Shown here piece by piece: positions 62,891-64,000 of a stretch of 64,000 nt of DNA. This DNA comes from the human T2T-CHM13v2.0 reference genome, Homo sapiens. Where the stretch lies: assembly GCF_009914755.1 (NCBI RefSeq), contig NC_060926.1. The stretch is one strand, 5' to 3'. The stretch's first letter is position 1, and the number at the start of each line of letters is the position of its first letter. The notes under the pieces were generated by a model. It was not told where the DNA came from. It saw only the letters and a list, made by a program, of their open reading frames with translations, and made no database searches. A program made the position numbers and the translations under genes.

Positions 62891-63800
62891 TAGATAGCCC
62901 TCCACATCCTAAGAGTCAACCAATGGTAGATTGAGAATACTAACAACAATAATGAAAAATAACAATACAACAATAAAAAATAACACAAATTTAAAATACA
63001 GTACAACAACTATTTACATAGCATTTATAAGGCATTAGGTATTATAAGTAATCTAGAGATGACAAAGTATATGGGAGGAAGTGCATAGACTAGACACAAA
63101 TACTATGCTATTTTATATAAGGGACTTGAGCATCCATGTGTCAGAGGTGTATGAACCAGAGCAACTCCATCTTGAATAGGGGCTAGGTAAAATAAGGCTG
63201 AGACCTATTGGGCTACATCCCCAGGAAATTAAGGCATTCTTAGTCACAGGATGAGACAGGAGGTCCGCACAAGATACAGGTCACAAAGAACTTGCTGATG
63301 AAACAGCACTTGGTAAAGAAGCTGGCCAAACCCCATCAAAACGAAGATGGTGATGAAAGTGACCTCTGGTCATCCTCATTGTTCATTATATGCTAATTAT
63401 AACGCATTAGTATGCTAGAAGACACTCCCACCAGCCCCATGACAGTTTACCAATGCCATGGAAACTTCAGGAAGTTACCCTATAGTATAAAAAGGGGGAA
63501 ACCCTCAGTCCTGGGACTTGCCCACCCCTTTCCTGGAAAATTCATTCATGAATAATTCACCCCTTGTTTAGCATGTAATCAAGAAGTAACAATAAGTATA
63601 AGCAGCTCAGCAGCCTGTGCTGCTGCTCTGCCTATGAAATAGCCATTCTTTTGTTCCCTTACTTTGTTAATAAACATGATTTCACTTTACTCTATGGACT
63701 TGCCCGAATTCTTTCTTGCACGAGATCCAAGAACCCTCTCTTGGGTCTAGATTGGGACCCCTTTCCAGTAACACATAGATTTTGGTATCTGAGGGGGATG
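62891..63800 (+). mobile_element. MER2 (Tigger-class) element split by MER41
   Basis: tatttacatagcattta...ataagggacttgagcatcc | gattttggtatctgaggggg. Confidence 0.75.
63139..63773 (+). mobile_element. MER41B-like ERV1 solo LTR
   Basis: TGTCAGAGG...gcaactccatcttgaatagg...CCAGTAACA; ~635 bp; TSD catg/cata. Confidence 0.85.
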
Positions 63801-64000
63801 AGACTCAAGGCATAATTTACCTTAAATTCCTGCGAGCTGTGAGCCTGTGAAATCAAACAAGTTATCTACTTCCAAAATTCAATGGTGGGACAGGCATAAG
63901 ACAAACATTCCCATTCCAAAAGGGAGACATATCCAAGAAGCAAAGAGTAATAGGACCCAAGTAAGTCCAAAATTCAAGAGGATTACCTTGAGACTCCAAG
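63801..64000. mobile_element. MaLR internal (MLT-int-like) fragment, runs off the window
   Basis: caatggtgggacaggcataagacaaacattcccattccaaaaggg resembles MaLR internal sequence. Confidence 0.45.

Overview
Primate (human-like) genomic DNA, not microbial. The only supportable protein-coding content is the 3' end of ASB3 (ankyrin repeat and SOCS box 3) on the minus strand: a 131-bp penultimate coding exon (60128-60258), a ~23.2-kb last intron, a terminal exon encoding the whole SOCS box (CDS 36754-36941) and a ~0.3-0.5-kb 3' UTR with two poly(A) signals. The rest is intron and ~36 kb of downstream sequence dominated by interspersed repeats: ~17 Alus, several L1s, L2/MIR, MaLR and ERV1 solo LTRs, and DNA transposon fossils. 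Repeat family names come from my recall of consensus sequences and need RepeatMasker/Dfam confirmation. I see no new multi-gene system. The best leads are: (1) a miR-30 8mer site with extended miR-30c-like 3' pairing, sitting in one arm of a 10-bp hairpin that loops out an A19 tract in the ASB3 3' UTR; (2) an Alu tail inserted exactly where the distal poly(A) site's downstream U-rich element should be; (3) an L1 3' transduction with a perfect 16-bp TSD; (4) an L1-style retrocopy of a polyadenylated, probably ERV LTR-derived transcript end; (5) an LTR9B-like solo LTR with three perfect octamers inside an ERV1 LTR cluster; (6) a very young AluYc1-like insertion.
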